Source of the DNA: Myxococcota bacterium
GTDB taxonomy: Bacteria; Myxococcota_A; UBA9160; UBA4427
Length of the DNA: 64,000 nucleotides
Direction: 5' to 3'
Assembly: GCA_036336835.1 (NCBI GenBank)
Contig: JAYZFK010000032.1
Location: forward strand, 1-64,000
Positions 1 through 9,749 of this stretch are shown here, piece after piece. Positions within the stretch are counted from its first letter, which is position 1, and each line of letters opens with the position of its first letter. The notes under the pieces were generated by a model. It was not told the DNA's origin. It did no database searches and worked only from the letters and a program-made list of their open reading frames with translations. A program made the position numbers and the translations under genes.

Positions 1-198
1 TGCCGCTTCTGCGCCGACAAGAAGCTCGCGATCGACTACAAGGAGCCGAAGACGCTTCGGCTGTTCCTGAGCGAGACCGGCAAGCTGATTCCGAGCCGCA
101 TCTCGGGCAACTGTGCCAAGCATCAGCGCCCGCTGGCGCTCGCCGTCAAGCGAGCGCGTCAGGTCGCCCTGCTTCCCTACTCGACCAGCCACGTCTAG
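1..198 (+). CDS. rpsR: 30S ribosomal protein S18 (5'-partial)
   Basis: Frame 1 reads [57 protein letters not shown] at 196-198. Not in the supplied ORF track. Confidence 0.97.
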   Translation, partial: CRFCADKKLAIDYKEPKTLRLFLSETGKLIPSRISGNCAKHQRPLALAVKRARQVALLPYSTSHV

Positions 199-208
199 GA
201 GTCACGCC

Positions 209-742
209 ATGGGCCAGGTCAAGGTGATCTTGCGCGAGGGCATCCCGAAGCTCGGTGATGCTGGAGACCTGGTGAGCGTGCGTCCCGGCTACGCTCGCAA
301 CTATCTGATCCCGAAGGGCATCGCGATTCCCGCTACGGCCGAGAAGCTGAAGGAGGTCGAGCACCACCGGCGCCTGATCGCCCAGCGGCAGATCGAGCTG
401 CTGAAGGATCTGAAGGGCGCGTCGCAGAAGATCCGGGAAATGGATCTCGACTTCGAAGCCCAGGCCGGTGACTCTGGCAAGCTGTTCGGATCGATCACGC
501 CGGCGCAGATCGCCAAGCGCATCGGCGAGCAGGGTGTGGACGTCGATCGCCGCAAGATCCAGACCGAGCCGATCAAGCTCGTTGGCGAGCACGAAATCAA
601 GATCCGACTCCACAAGGAGCTGGTCGTCGAGGTGACCGTCGTCGTCAAGGCGGCCGCGGTGCAGCGCAGCGACGACGAGGCCGCGGTGCTCCTGGCCGAG
701 GAGCCCGAGCCGATCGGTTTCGGCTCGATGGACGAGTACTGA
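209..742 (+). CDS. rplI: 50S ribosomal protein L9
   Basis: MGQVKVILREGIPKLG..VRPGYARNYLIP..KLFGSIT; AGGAG RBS before ATG 209; follows rpsR. Confidence 0.97.
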   Translation: MGQVKVILREGIPKLGDAGDLVSVRPGYARNYLIPKGIAIPATAEKLKEVEHHRRLIAQRQIELLKDLKGASQKIREMDLDFEAQAGDSGKLFGSITPAQIAKRIGEQGVDVDRRKIQTEPIKLVGEHEIKIRLHKELVVEVTVVVKAAAVQRSDDEAAVLLAEEPEPIGFGSMDEY

Positions 743-761
743 CCGAGGCGCGAGCGCGGTC

Positions 762-1781
762 TCAGTCGAAGCAGCCCGACTGGCTGCAGGCCGTAACCAT
801 GGTCCGGGCCGCGAGCTGCGCGCCGGCCTCGTTCCAGTGCGGGTCGTCGCGGAAGCACGTCGGGAAGACGTCGGTCGTCTGAAACGTCTCGAGCAGGGAG
901 TGGACGGGGAAGTCGACTGCCGTCGCCATCTGCTCGAAGTAGGCGAACGGCTCGTGCACGTAGGGGCCGAGATCCTCGTACTCGAAGCGCTCCCAGCTCT
1001 CGGGGGCCTCCCGGTCGCTGTACTGGTAGGAGCGGGGCAACACGAACAGCACGAACCGGGCCGCGAGTTCGTCGCGCGAGAAGCGGGCGATCGCCTCGAT
1101 GTTGCGCCGGATGGGGGCGTAGAGCGGCCGGGTCTCGTGCAGCGGTCGCGCGGTGATGATGAACTTGTCGCGCGGGAAGCCGAACCAGCGCATGTGGAGC
1201 GCGTCGAGGGCCGGCACCAACGATACGAGCTTGCGAGCCAGCCAGACGCTCGACGGCGTCACCGACAGCAGGCGGAAGACCCCCCTTCGGTCGAGCAGCT
1301 GCTGGTACTTGATATCGTCGTGGATGTCGGTCATGTCCACGGCCAGCAGCACGACGTCCGGTCGGTACTTCGCGCCGACGTCGCGCAGGAGTCGCAAGGC
1401 CAGCAGCGGCGAGGATGAGACCCAGCCGAAGTTGGCGACATTGATCGCGCGACCGGGGTTGCCTTGCCGCGCGATCGCCTCGAACTGGGCCGGGATGGTG
1501 TCCTCGTAGGCGAGATCACCCCCGAAGACGAACGAGTCGCCGAGCATCACGAGGTTGACGTCCCGGGCCCGGAAGTCCTCGGCGCGGCGCAGGCTGCGGA
1601 GTCCGTCGCCGTTGATTTCGGGCGTGCTGTACGGGGCATTGCGGTGATCGACGTCGGCAAAGAAGTAGGCGCGCGAGCCGGTGAACACGAAGTTCTGTCC
1701 CACGATTTCGAGCACGATCACGCCGACCAGGCTCGAGAACGCCAGCAGCGCGACGGGCGCTGCGATGCTTCGCACGGCCAT
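762..1781 (-). CDS. Membrane-anchored SGNH/GDSL-like hydrolase
   Basis: N-terminal TM segment, LGDSF block I, NFG block II, DPHWN block V. Confidence 0.75.
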   Translation of the reverse strand: MAVRSIAAPVALLAFSSLVGVIVLEIVGQNFVFTGSRAYFFADVDHRNAPYSTPEINGDGLRSLRRAEDFRARDVNLVMLGDSFVFGGDLAYEDTIPAQFEAIARQGNPGRAINVANFGWVSSSPLLALRLLRDVGAKYRPDVVLLAVDMTDIHDDIKYQQLLDRRGVFRLLSVTPSSVWLARKLVSLVPALDALHMRWFGFPRDKFIITARPLHETRPLYAPIRRNIEAIARFSRDELAARFVLFVLPRSYQYSDREAPESWERFEYEDLGPYVHEPFAYFEQMATAVDFPVHSLLETFQTTDVFPTCFRDDPHWNEAGAQLAARTMVTACSQSGCFD

Positions 1782-1959
1782 CAACCCGGGGTCGCCGCCG
1801 CCGGCGCGCCAGGGGCGCCGAGGGCGCTGTTCGCCGCGGACCGCAGCCAGCTGGCCAGCGGACCCGCCACGCCGCGCGGGCCTTCCAGGGTCGACGCCAC
1901 GGTTCTTCCTCCGCGTGGGATTCTACGCGTCCGCACGAGGTGAGATCGACCGGCGGCTG

Positions 1960-1965
1960 TATACT
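1960..1965 (+). promoter_or_regulatory. Candidate sigma70 -10 element (TATACT) for dnaB
   Basis: AT-rich hexamer in GC-rich DNA ~25 nt before the proposed dnaB start; no clear -35. Confidence 0.35.
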
Positions 1966-1990
1966 CATCGGTCGTTCGAGGGGGTGGGCC

Positions 1991-3466
1991 GTGTCGCATG
2001 GGGGCGATTCGATTCCGGGCAGTTCGTCGTTCTTGCCCGCAGAGCGCAAGCGACTCGAGGCCGCGGGGCGTGTTCCCCCCGCGGACGTCGAAGCCGAGAA
2101 GGCAGTGCTGTCGTCGATCATGATCGACAACGATGCCTTCTACGTCGTGTTCGATCATCTCAAGCCGGAGGATTTCTATCATCCGGCGCTCCAGATCCTG
2201 TACCAGGCCATGATCGCACTGCGCGACGCGAGCCAGCCGATCGATCTGGTGGTGCTGGCCGATTATCTGACGGCCGAGTCGCAGCTCGAAGCGGTGGGCG
2301 GCATTGCCACACTGGCCGACCTCGCGGACTTCGAGGCTACCTCGGGCAACGCCGAGTACTACGCCAAGATCGTTCGCGACAAGGCGGTCAAGCGCAATCT
2401 GATCCACGTGGCGAGCGAGATCGTTGCGGCGGGCTTCGATCCGTCGGAAGACGCCGCGCAGCTGCTCGACCATGCGGAGAGCAAGATCTTCGAGCTGTCG
2501 CAGGTCGAGGCGAAGAGCACGCTCGCGCCGCTCGACAGCGCGATGGGCCCCGCCTTCGACCACATCGAGATGCTGATGACGCGCGGCGGCGACATCACTG
2601 GCGTGCCGACCGGCATGAAGGAGTTCGACGCGCTCACGGGCGGCCTGCAGCCCGGTGATCTGGTGATCCTGGCCGCGCGCCCGTCGATGGGCAAGACCGC
2701 GCTGGCACTCAACATCGCGCGCAATGCGGCTCTCGATCACGACAAGAAGGTCGCGGTCTTCTCGCTCGAGATGACGACCCGCTCGCTGGTGCTGCGCATG
2801 CTGTCGTCCGAGGCCGAGGTCGATTTCTCGACCTTCCACAAGGGGCTGATCTCGGTCGATGCGCACGGCCGGCTGGCGGATGCCGCGGGCCGGTTGTCGC
2901 GCGCAGGCATCTTCATCGATGACTCCAGCGCAGCGACGGTGCTCGAGATGCGCGCCAAGTGTCGGCGTCTCCACGCGCAGCAGCGTCTCGACCTGGTGAT
3001 CGTCGACTACCTCCAGCTCGCCCACGGCGACGGCCGGATCGACAGCCGGGAGCAGGAGATCAGCCAGATCAGCCGCGGTCTGAAGGGCCTCGCCAAGGAG
3101 CTGAACATTCCGGTGATCGCGCTGTCGCAGCTCAACCGCGGCCCCGAGTCGCGCGGCGCCGAGGACAAGCGACCGATGCTGGCGGACCTTCGCGAATCGG
3201 GCGCGATCGAGCAGGACGCCGACGTGATCGGCTTCATCTACCGCGACATCGTCTACAACAAGTCGACCGAGTACCCGGACATGGCCGAGCTGATCGTGGC
3301 CAAGCAGCGCAATGGCCCGGTCGGTACCGTGCGTCTGAAATTCGAAGGACGCTATGCGCGCTTCCGCAACTGGGACCAGGAAGATTTCGACCAGGGCTAC
3401 GGCGTGGGCGGCGGTCACTTCGAGAGCCACGGCATCGCGCCGGATGAGCCGGAAGCGCCTTTCTAG
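1991..3466 (+). CDS. dnaB: Replicative DNA helicase
   Basis: ILAARPSMGKT Walker A, FSLEM, IVDYLQL, LSQLNR, DLRESGAIEQDAD, KQRNGP. Start GTG 1991 chosen from an upstream GAGGGG. Confidence 0.97.
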   Translation: MSHGGDSIPGSSSFLPAERKRLEAAGRVPPADVEAEKAVLSSIMIDNDAFYVVFDHLKPEDFYHPALQILYQAMIALRDASQPIDLVVLADYLTAESQLEAVGGIATLADLADFEATSGNAEYYAKIVRDKAVKRNLIHVASEIVAAGFDPSEDAAQLLDHAESKIFELSQVEAKSTLAPLDSAMGPAFDHIEMLMTRGGDITGVPTGMKEFDALTGGLQPGDLVILAARPSMGKTALALNIARNAALDHDKKVAVFSLEMTTRSLVLRMLSSEAEVDFSTFHKGLISVDAHGRLADAAGRLSRAGIFIDDSSAATVLEMRAKCRRLHAQQRLDLVIVDYLQLAHGDGRIDSREQEISQISRGLKGLAKELNIPVIALSQLNRGPESRGAEDKRPMLADLRESGAIEQDADVIGFIYRDIVYNKSTEYPDMAELIVAKQRNGPVGTVRLKFEGRYARFRNWDQEDFDQGYGVGGGHFESHGIAPDEPEAPF

Positions 3467-4384
3467 GTGCCCCGCCTCGAGAAAGCACGGGCCCTGCGGC
3501 CCGGTCAGCGCATCGGCGTTGCGGCGCCGGCCGCGCGCGTCGATACCGCGGCGCTGCTGGCCTGCGAGCGCGCGCTTGCCGAGCTCGGCTGGCCCACGCT
3601 GAGAATCGACGATCCCACGGCAGCGGACGGCTACTTCGCGGGCAGCGACCAGCGGCGTGCGCGCGAGCTCGCTGCGTTGATCGACGAGCCCAGTGTCGGA
3701 GCGATCGTGTGTGCGCGCGGCGGCTACGGCTGCCATCGCTACGTCGATCTCCTGGATGCCGCGCGCTTCCGCCGGCAGCGCAAGCCACTGGTCGGCTACA
3801 GCGACGTGACGACGCTGTTGCTCTGGCAGCGTCGTCGCGCAGGTCTGACAGGTGTCCACGGGCCGATGCTCGAACGCAGCGGTGCCGATCACCGCGCTTC
3901 GCTCGAGGCGCTGTTGGCACTCCTGTGCGGTGCCGTGCCCGAGCCGATGAAGGGGCAGGGCGGGGTCGGCGGGCGAGCCGAGGGCCGGCTGGTGGGCGGC
4001 TCGCTCACGCTGGTTGCCGCCAGCCTGGGGACGCCGTGGGAGATCGATACGCGCGGTGCCATCCTGCTGCTCGAGGACACCGGCGAGGCGCCGTTTCGAA
4101 TCGACCGCATGATGCAGTCGCTGCGCGCGGCGGGGAAGCTGCAGGGCTGTGCCGGCATCGGCGTCGGCGCGATGGTAGGCTGCGACGATCCTCGCTTCCC
4201 GGACTGGACGGCCGAAGGGATCATTGGGGAGCTGGCGGAGACACACGGGCTGCCGCTCGTCACGGGGCTTGCGTTCGGGCACGTCGATGCGAATCGCGCC
4301 TGGACGCTGGGAGCCCGCGCCGTGCTCGACGGCGATCGCGGAACACTCGAGCAGCTGGAGTCGGGGGTGAGCCGACGGTCATGA
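3467..4384 (+). CDS. ldcA: LD-carboxypeptidase (peptidase S66)
   Basis: ARGGYG, VGYSDVT (catalytic Ser), GGSL, LLLED, FGH motifs. Confidence 0.9.
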   Translation: MPRLEKARALRPGQRIGVAAPAARVDTAALLACERALAELGWPTLRIDDPTAADGYFAGSDQRRARELAALIDEPSVGAIVCARGGYGCHRYVDLLDAARFRRQRKPLVGYSDVTTLLLWQRRRAGLTGVHGPMLERSGADHRASLEALLALLCGAVPEPMKGQGGVGGRAEGRLVGGSLTLVAASLGTPWEIDTRGAILLLEDTGEAPFRIDRMMQSLRAAGKLQGCAGIGVGAMVGCDDPRFPDWTAEGIIGELAETHGLPLVTGLAFGHVDANRAWTLGARAVLDGDRGTLEQLESGVSRRS

Positions 4385-5544
4385 AGTGGAGCCTGATCAA
4401 ACGGAAGCTCGCGCGCGTCGATCGCGCGCTGGACAAGGCGATCGACGCCGCGGAGACGCCGGGCGCCGTGGTGTACGCGCGGATGCTGCGCGACGGCGAG
4501 ACGCTCGAGCACGTCAGCGAGCGCGGGTTCGCCGTCATGCGCCCCGAGCGTATTCCGATGCGCCGCGAAACGATCTTCGACGTCGCGTCGTTGACCAAGC
4601 CGGTGGCGACCGCCACGGCGATCGCCCTGCTCGTTGCCGACGGCGAGATTGCGCTCGACGATCCGGTGGCTCGAGTGCTCCCGAGCTTCGCAGAGCGCGA
4701 CAAAGAGGCCGTCACCTTCCGCCACCTGCTCACGCACTCGGCCGGGCTCAAGCCGTGGAGAGGCTTCCACGAGCAGCTGCGCGAGCGCGAGCAGAAGACC
4801 TTCGATCCGCTGGTCCAGACCCCGGCGGGTCGCGACTGGATCGTCGATCGCGTGCTGCGTTCAGGGCTGGTGCACGAGCTCGGCGAAGCCGCCGTCTACG
4901 GCGACCTCGATTTCATCGCCCTCGGCGCGGCGGTCGAGGCGATTGCGGGCGAGCGGCTCGACGCCTTCTGCCGGCGTCGCATCTTCGAGCCGCTCGGCCT
5001 CGCCGATACGTTCTTCCTGCCGCTGCCCGAAGACGGCAGCGCGCCCAAGCCCGATGCTGCGCTGCGCCGCCGGATCGCCGCGACCGAGAACTGCGCCTGG
5101 CGCGGGCGCATCGTCTGGGGCGAGGTGCACGACCCCAACGCCTCGGCGATGGGCGGCGTAGCCGGACACGCCGGCCTCTTCTCGACCGCCGACGACCTGA
5201 TGCGGTTCGCGCAGATGTGGCTCGACGTCTGGCACGGCCGCAGTGAGTGGCTGCCGCGCGAGCTGGTTCACGAGTTCTCGAGCCGCCAGTCGCTGCCTCC
5301 GGGATCGGATTGGGCGCTCGGCTGGGACACGCCGTCGCCGGAGAGCTCGACTTCTGGGAAACACTTCAGTGTGTCGTCGGTGGGGCACCTCGGCTTCACC
5401 GGGGCTTCGCTGTGGATCGATCTCGAGCAGGAGGCGGTCGTCGTGATGTTGACCAATCGGCACCACCTGGTCGAGAAGCGCAGCAAGTTTACGCTGCGCG
5501 CGAAAATCCACGACCACGTGATGGACGCCTTCCTTGCCGGATGA
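4381..5544 (+). CDS. Serine hydrolase, beta-lactamase/class C-like family
   Basis: FDVASLTK (SxxK), LLTHSAG, GEVHDPNA..GGVAGHAGLFS, GHLGFTG; ATGA overlap with ldcA. Confidence 0.9.
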   Translation: MKWSLIKRKLARVDRALDKAIDAAETPGAVVYARMLRDGETLEHVSERGFAVMRPERIPMRRETIFDVASLTKPVATATAIALLVADGEIALDDPVARVLPSFAERDKEAVTFRHLLTHSAGLKPWRGFHEQLREREQKTFDPLVQTPAGRDWIVDRVLRSGLVHELGEAAVYGDLDFIALGAAVEAIAGERLDAFCRRRIFEPLGLADTFFLPLPEDGSAPKPDAALRRRIAATENCAWRGRIVWGEVHDPNASAMGGVAGHAGLFSTADDLMRFAQMWLDVWHGRSEWLPRELVHEFSSRQSLPPGSDWALGWDTPSPESSTSGKHFSVSSVGHLGFTGASLWIDLEQEAVVVMLTNRHHLVEKRSKFTLRAKIHDHVMDAFLAG

Positions 5545-7111
5545 CCTCGAGCTCATTCGTCCCAACCACGTCCACTTCGTTGCCGTCGGCGGAACTGGCA
5601 TGGGCGCCCTGGCCGGCTTGTGCAAGCGACGCGGCATCCAGGTCACGGGCTCCGACGGCAAGCTGTATCCGCCGATGTCGACCAAGCTCGATGAGTGGGG
5701 GATCGACGTCGACGATGGCTTCCGCGCGGAGAACGTGCTCGAGCGCGATCCCGATCTCGTCGTGATCGGCAACGCGGTGCGTGCGGACAACCCGGAGGCG
5801 CAGGCGGTGCTCGAGCATGCCGTGCCGCACATGTCGTTCCCGGACGCGCTGTTCGAGCTGGCGCTCAAGCCGAAGCACCGCATCGTAGTCACGGGAACAC
5901 ACGGCAAGACCACCACGACGACGATGATCGCCTCGATGCTGCACCACATGGAGCGAAAGCCTTCGTTCCTGGTCGGAGGGATCCCGATCGAGTTCGGCGA
6001 CAGCTTCTGCGACGGGGAAGGGGAGGAGTTCGTCGTCGAAGGTGACGAGTACGACACGGCTTTCTTCGACAAGACACCGAAGTTCCTGCACTACAAGCCC
6101 GACGTGCTGGTAATCACCTCGGTCGAGTTTGATCACGCCGATATCTACCGCGACCTCGATCACGTGAAGTCGGCCTTCCGAGAGCTGGTGGCAGGGCTGC
6201 GGGTCGACTCGGTGATCTTCGCGGCGAGCGATCAACCGGGCGTCGCCGACGTCGTCTCGGACGCGCCGTGCGAGGTCATCTCGTACGGCGTCGACCGCCC
6301 GGACCAGCCGTCGCAGGCCGACTGGCGGGGCAGTGCGGTGGACGTCGGTAGCTACGGCACCGCCTTCCAGGTGACCCCGCCCGGCGGCGTCGCGCGAGCC
6401 TTCACCTGCTCGATCCGAGCGCCCGGTCGCTTCAACGCCGAGAATGCGCTCGCCGGGCTGGCGATCGCCAGCCATCTGGGTCTGCCGATGCTCGAGAGCT
6501 CCGTGGCGCTCGGGCGCTTCGAAGGCGTCAAGCGGAGGATGGAGGTGCGGGGCGTCGCACGCGGCGTGGTGATCGTCGATGACTTCGCGCACCACCCCAC
6601 CGCCGTGCGCGCATCGGTGGCCGCGGCCAGGCAGCGTTTCGGCGACCGGAGGCTCAGCGCGGTGCTCGAGCTGCGCAGCAACACCAGTCGGCGAGCGGTG
6701 TTCCAGGACGAGTATGCGCACGCCTTCGAGGGGGCAGATTGCGTGGTCGTGCGCCGTGTCGACGACTCGCCGATCTACAGTGCGACGGGTGAGGTGACCG
6801 AGCGCTTCTCGGCGGATCGGCTGGTGAGCGATCTCCACGCACAGGACAAGCGGGCGATCGCGCTGGCCTCGGTCGAGGAGATCGTCGAGTTCCTGGTCGG
6901 CGCGGCCGACTCGGGCGAGGTGATCCTGGTGATGAGCAACGGTGGCTTCGACGGCATCTTCGACAAGCTGTTCGCTGCGCTCGGGGGACCGGACGCCGGC
7001 AGCTACCGCGATCTCCAGCTCCGCGAGGAGCACGATCGCGCTGGCGCTGCCGCCCGTGCGAGCCAAGAGCTGCGCACTCGCCAGAGCGACGAGCTCGGCC
7101 CGCGCCAGTAG
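5534..7111 (+). CDS. mpl: Murein peptide ligase (MurC family)
   Basis: GGTGMG, YPPMST, GTHGKTTT, EGDEYDTAFFDK, DDFAHHPTA, MSNGGF (Mpl-type motifs). Confidence 0.92.
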   Translation: MPDDLELIRPNHVHFVAVGGTGMGALAGLCKRRGIQVTGSDGKLYPPMSTKLDEWGIDVDDGFRAENVLERDPDLVVIGNAVRADNPEAQAVLEHAVPHMSFPDALFELALKPKHRIVVTGTHGKTTTTTMIASMLHHMERKPSFLVGGIPIEFGDSFCDGEGEEFVVEGDEYDTAFFDKTPKFLHYKPDVLVITSVEFDHADIYRDLDHVKSAFRELVAGLRVDSVIFAASDQPGVADVVSDAPCEVISYGVDRPDQPSQADWRGSAVDVGSYGTAFQVTPPGGVARAFTCSIRAPGRFNAENALAGLAIASHLGLPMLESSVALGRFEGVKRRMEVRGVARGVVIVDDFAHHPTAVRASVAAARQRFGDRRLSAVLELRSNTSRRAVFQDEYAHAFEGADCVVVRRVDDSPIYSATGEVTERFSADRLVSDLHAQDKRAIALASVEEIVEFLVGAADSGEVILVMSNGGFDGIFDKLFAALGGPDAGSYRDLQLREEHDRAGAAARASQELRTRQSDELGPRQ

Positions 7112-7175
7112 TCACGATGAGCAAGGCTCGGGGCACGACCTGGCCGAGAGCTGAGGCTCGGTCGCTGCGACCGGG

Positions 7176-7568
7176 CTAGTGCGCCCAGAAGCGGGCGAGG
7201 GCGTCCGGGTCGAGTGGGCTGGTCCACACCTCTCGCGCGCGGCCGTCTTCGATGCGCGCGAGTACCAGGTAGCCGAGCTCCATCTTGCGACCGGTATGCT
7301 CGACCTTCACCTGGAACACGATCAGCACGCGCGATTCGCTGGCGAGGACGTCGGTCAGCCTGGCGTCGAACACGTCGGTCAGCTCGCCGACCCGAGCGAG
7401 ATAATCGAGCACGGCGTCGAGCCCGTTGTGGTCACCTCGCCAGGGCGTGTTTCCCGTCGCGTGCCAGACGATGTCGGGCGCCAGGATCTGGCCCAGTGTC
7501 TCGCCGTCGGAGCGCGAGACCGCGTCCCATGCGAGCTGCGCGATCGCTGTGTTCGAGTGTTCGGCCAC
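7176..7568 (-). CDS. SnoaL-like / NTF2-family protein
   Basis: 130 aa; LAPDIVWH..G..H.G pattern and C-terminal ..FW typical of SnoaL_2. Confidence 0.75.
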   Translation of the reverse strand: MAEHSNTAIAQLAWDAVSRSDGETLGQILAPDIVWHATGNTPWRGDHNGLDAVLDYLARVGELTDVFDARLTDVLASESRVLIVFQVKVEHTGRKMELGYLVLARIEDGRAREVWTSPLDPDALARFWAH

Positions 7569-7660
7569 GGCTTGCGGCGCTCCACTCCGCGCTGTGCGGG
7601 TGCCCCATCATGCACCACTGCCTCGTCGGCGGGTGGCGAAATGCGAGCTAGCTTGCCCGG

Positions 7661-9016
7661 GTGGACATCCGAGCGGACTTCGCCGAGCACGCTTCGCTTG
7701 TCGCGGCAGCCTGCGAGCGCGCGCTCGAGCGTTCGGCGGCGCAAGGGCAGTCCCTGGACGGGGTGTTGTTCCACGCGGGAAGCGCTCGGGTCTACCACGC
7801 CGACGATCAGGCGATTCCATTTCGGCCGGTTCCGCACTTTGCGCGCTGGGCACCGCTGCCCGGGGCCGGCCACTGGCTGGCCTGCCGACCCGGGGAGCGG
7901 CCGCGTCTGAGCCGCGTAGTGCCGAGCGATTACTGGTACGGCGAGCCCGCGCCGCCGCCGCTTCCGGAGGGGGCGCTCGAGGCCGTGTACGACGTGGAGC
8001 GCGCCGCCAGCTCCGTCGAGGCGGTGGCGCGGCTCGGCTCGCTGCGGGGGCTGGCATACGTGGGGGACGACCGCGAGCTCGCTCGCTCGATCGGAATCGC
8101 CGAGCAGGCGATCGAGCCCGCGCCGCTGATCGCCTCGCTCGACTGGGACCGCGCCGAGAAGACGGGCTACGAAGTCGGCTGCATCCGGGAGGCCGCGCGC
8201 GTCGCCGCGCTCGGACACGCGGCCGCGCGCGATGCGGCGCACGCGGGCGAGAGCGAGCGCGCGATCCACGCCGCCTACCTCGACGCGGCAGATCTCCTGG
8301 AGAGCGACTGTCCCTACCCGCACCTCCTCGCGCGCAACGAGGCCTCGGCGGTACTGCACTACGAGTCCAAGCGCGGGAGCTGCGAGGGCCGCGAGCTCAG
8401 CTTTCTGATCGATGCCGGTGCGCCGTGCCGAGGTTATGCGAGCGACATCACCCGCAGCTACGCGCTTCGCGACGCCCACCCGGTGTTCCGCGAGCTGCTC
8501 GAGGGGATGGAGCAGCTGCAGGCCGATCTCGTGGCGGCGGTCGCGCCCGGGAGCTATCTGGCGCTGCATCTCCGGGCGGCGCGCGGCGTCTGCTCGTTGC
8601 TTCGCGATTCGGGTGTGCTGCGCATCGAGCCCGACGCTGCACTCGAGCGCGAGCTCGACCGGACCTTCCTGCCGCACGGCCTGGGCCACCATCTCGGGCT
8701 CCAGGTGCACGACGTCGGTGGGCATCAGATCACACCAGCGGGCGACCGCAGTCCGCCTCCGGCGCGGGCGCCCCACCTGCGCACCACGCGCCCGCTGGAA
8801 GCCGGTCACGTGGTCACGATCGAGCCGGGGCTCTACTTCATTCCGCTGCTGCTCGACCAGCTGCGGGCGAGCGCGCACGCCGAGTGCGTCGACTGGGCCC
8901 TCGTCGACGAGCTCCGTCCCTCGGGTGGCATCCGTGTCGAGGACGACGTCCACGTCACGGCAGCTGGCTGCGAGAGCCTGTCCCGCCCGTGGCTCCCCGG
9001 AGCGACCCGCGCGTGA
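7661..9016 (+). CDS. pepQ: Xaa-Pro dipeptidase (prolidase)
   Basis: LHY, LIDAGA..GYASDITRS, PHGLGHHLGLQVHDVGG, TIEPGLYF, GGIRVEDD. Confidence 0.93.
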   Translation: MDIRADFAEHASLVAAACERALERSAAQGQSLDGVLFHAGSARVYHADDQAIPFRPVPHFARWAPLPGAGHWLACRPGERPRLSRVVPSDYWYGEPAPPPLPEGALEAVYDVERAASSVEAVARLGSLRGLAYVGDDRELARSIGIAEQAIEPAPLIASLDWDRAEKTGYEVGCIREAARVAALGHAAARDAAHAGESERAIHAAYLDAADLLESDCPYPHLLARNEASAVLHYESKRGSCEGRELSFLIDAGAPCRGYASDITRSYALRDAHPVFRELLEGMEQLQADLVAAVAPGSYLALHLRAARGVCSLLRDSGVLRIEPDAALERELDRTFLPHGLGHHLGLQVHDVGGHQITPAGDRSPPPARAPHLRTTRPLEAGHVVTIEPGLYFIPLLLDQLRASAHAECVDWALVDELRPSGGIRVEDDVHVTAAGCESLSRPWLPGATRA

Positions 9017-9720
9017 ACGTCCTGCGCGGCATGGAGCGCCACCTCGGCGCGCTGTACGAGAGCGACGAGCGCGGGCGGCTGCTGGGAGAACGCGCGCCGA
9101 GCGGCGGGCCGGCACCGCGCTTCCATCTGGCGCGGACGCGGCTCGGAAACCTGTGGCGGCTGCGTCGCGATCTGGAGCCGGAGGTCGCGATCCGGCTCGC
9201 GACGCTGGCCGGCAAGGAGGCGCCGCTCGGCGCGCGGAGTGCACCGCCCGAGCGCGAGGAGTTCCTGCGGCGCGCCCTCGAGCAGTCCGCACCGATCGAG
9301 GCGCACTGGGCGGGGCCCGCGTTCGGTCTGCCGGACATGCTGGCGAAGCTCCCGGATTCGGGCGCCAGGCTGCGCGAGCTGGCGGTCGACGATGTCGCGC
9401 GCGTCCACCGCGAGCTCGGGCTGCAGGCTGCTGATCTGGCTCGCGCCGGCTGCATCGGCGCGGAGGTGGGCGGCGAGATCGTGTCCGTCTGCCAGTGCGT
9501 TCGCGGAGACGGCAGTGGTCCGACGGAGGCGGGCGTCCGGACCGCATCCGACTACCGGGGCCGGGGCTACGGCGGGGCCGTCGTGCGTGCGTGGTGCGAC
9601 TGGGTGGGCTCGCGCGGCGGCGAGCCGCTCTACAGCACCTCGTGGGACAACGCGGCGTCGCGCGCGCTCGCGGCGCGCCTCGGGCTCGTCCTGCTCGGCG
9701 AGGACCGGCACTGGCGCTGA
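9013..9720 (+). CDS. GNAT-family acetyltransferase
   Basis: C-terminal part of ORF 7426-9720; EAGVRT..YRGRGYG, YSTSWDNAASRALA; GTGA overlap with pepQ. Confidence 0.8.
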   Translation: MNVLRGMERHLGALYESDERGRLLGERAPSGGPAPRFHLARTRLGNLWRLRRDLEPEVAIRLATLAGKEAPLGARSAPPEREEFLRRALEQSAPIEAHWAGPAFGLPDMLAKLPDSGARLRELAVDDVARVHRELGLQAADLARAGCIGAEVGGEIVSVCQCVRGDGSGPTEAGVRTASDYRGRGYGGAVVRAWCDWVGSRGGEPLYSTSWDNAASRALAARLGLVLLGEDRHWR

Positions 9721-9749
9721 CCGCCGCCGGCCACCGCGCGGATGCGGGC

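Noticed and set aside
1991..3466. Intein in DnaB
   Set aside because: Length is normal (~490 aa) and the motifs are contiguous.
1781..4282. Long antisense/alternative-frame ORFs (e.g. 1781-4282, 7379-10387, 10554-12989, 48660-52349)
   Set aside because: Shadow ORFs typical of high-GC DNA; they overlap well-supported genes and carry no recognisable motifs.
4381..5544. Antibiotic-resistance beta-lactamase
   Set aside because: No signal peptide, and the context is peptidoglycan recycling; only family-level similarity.
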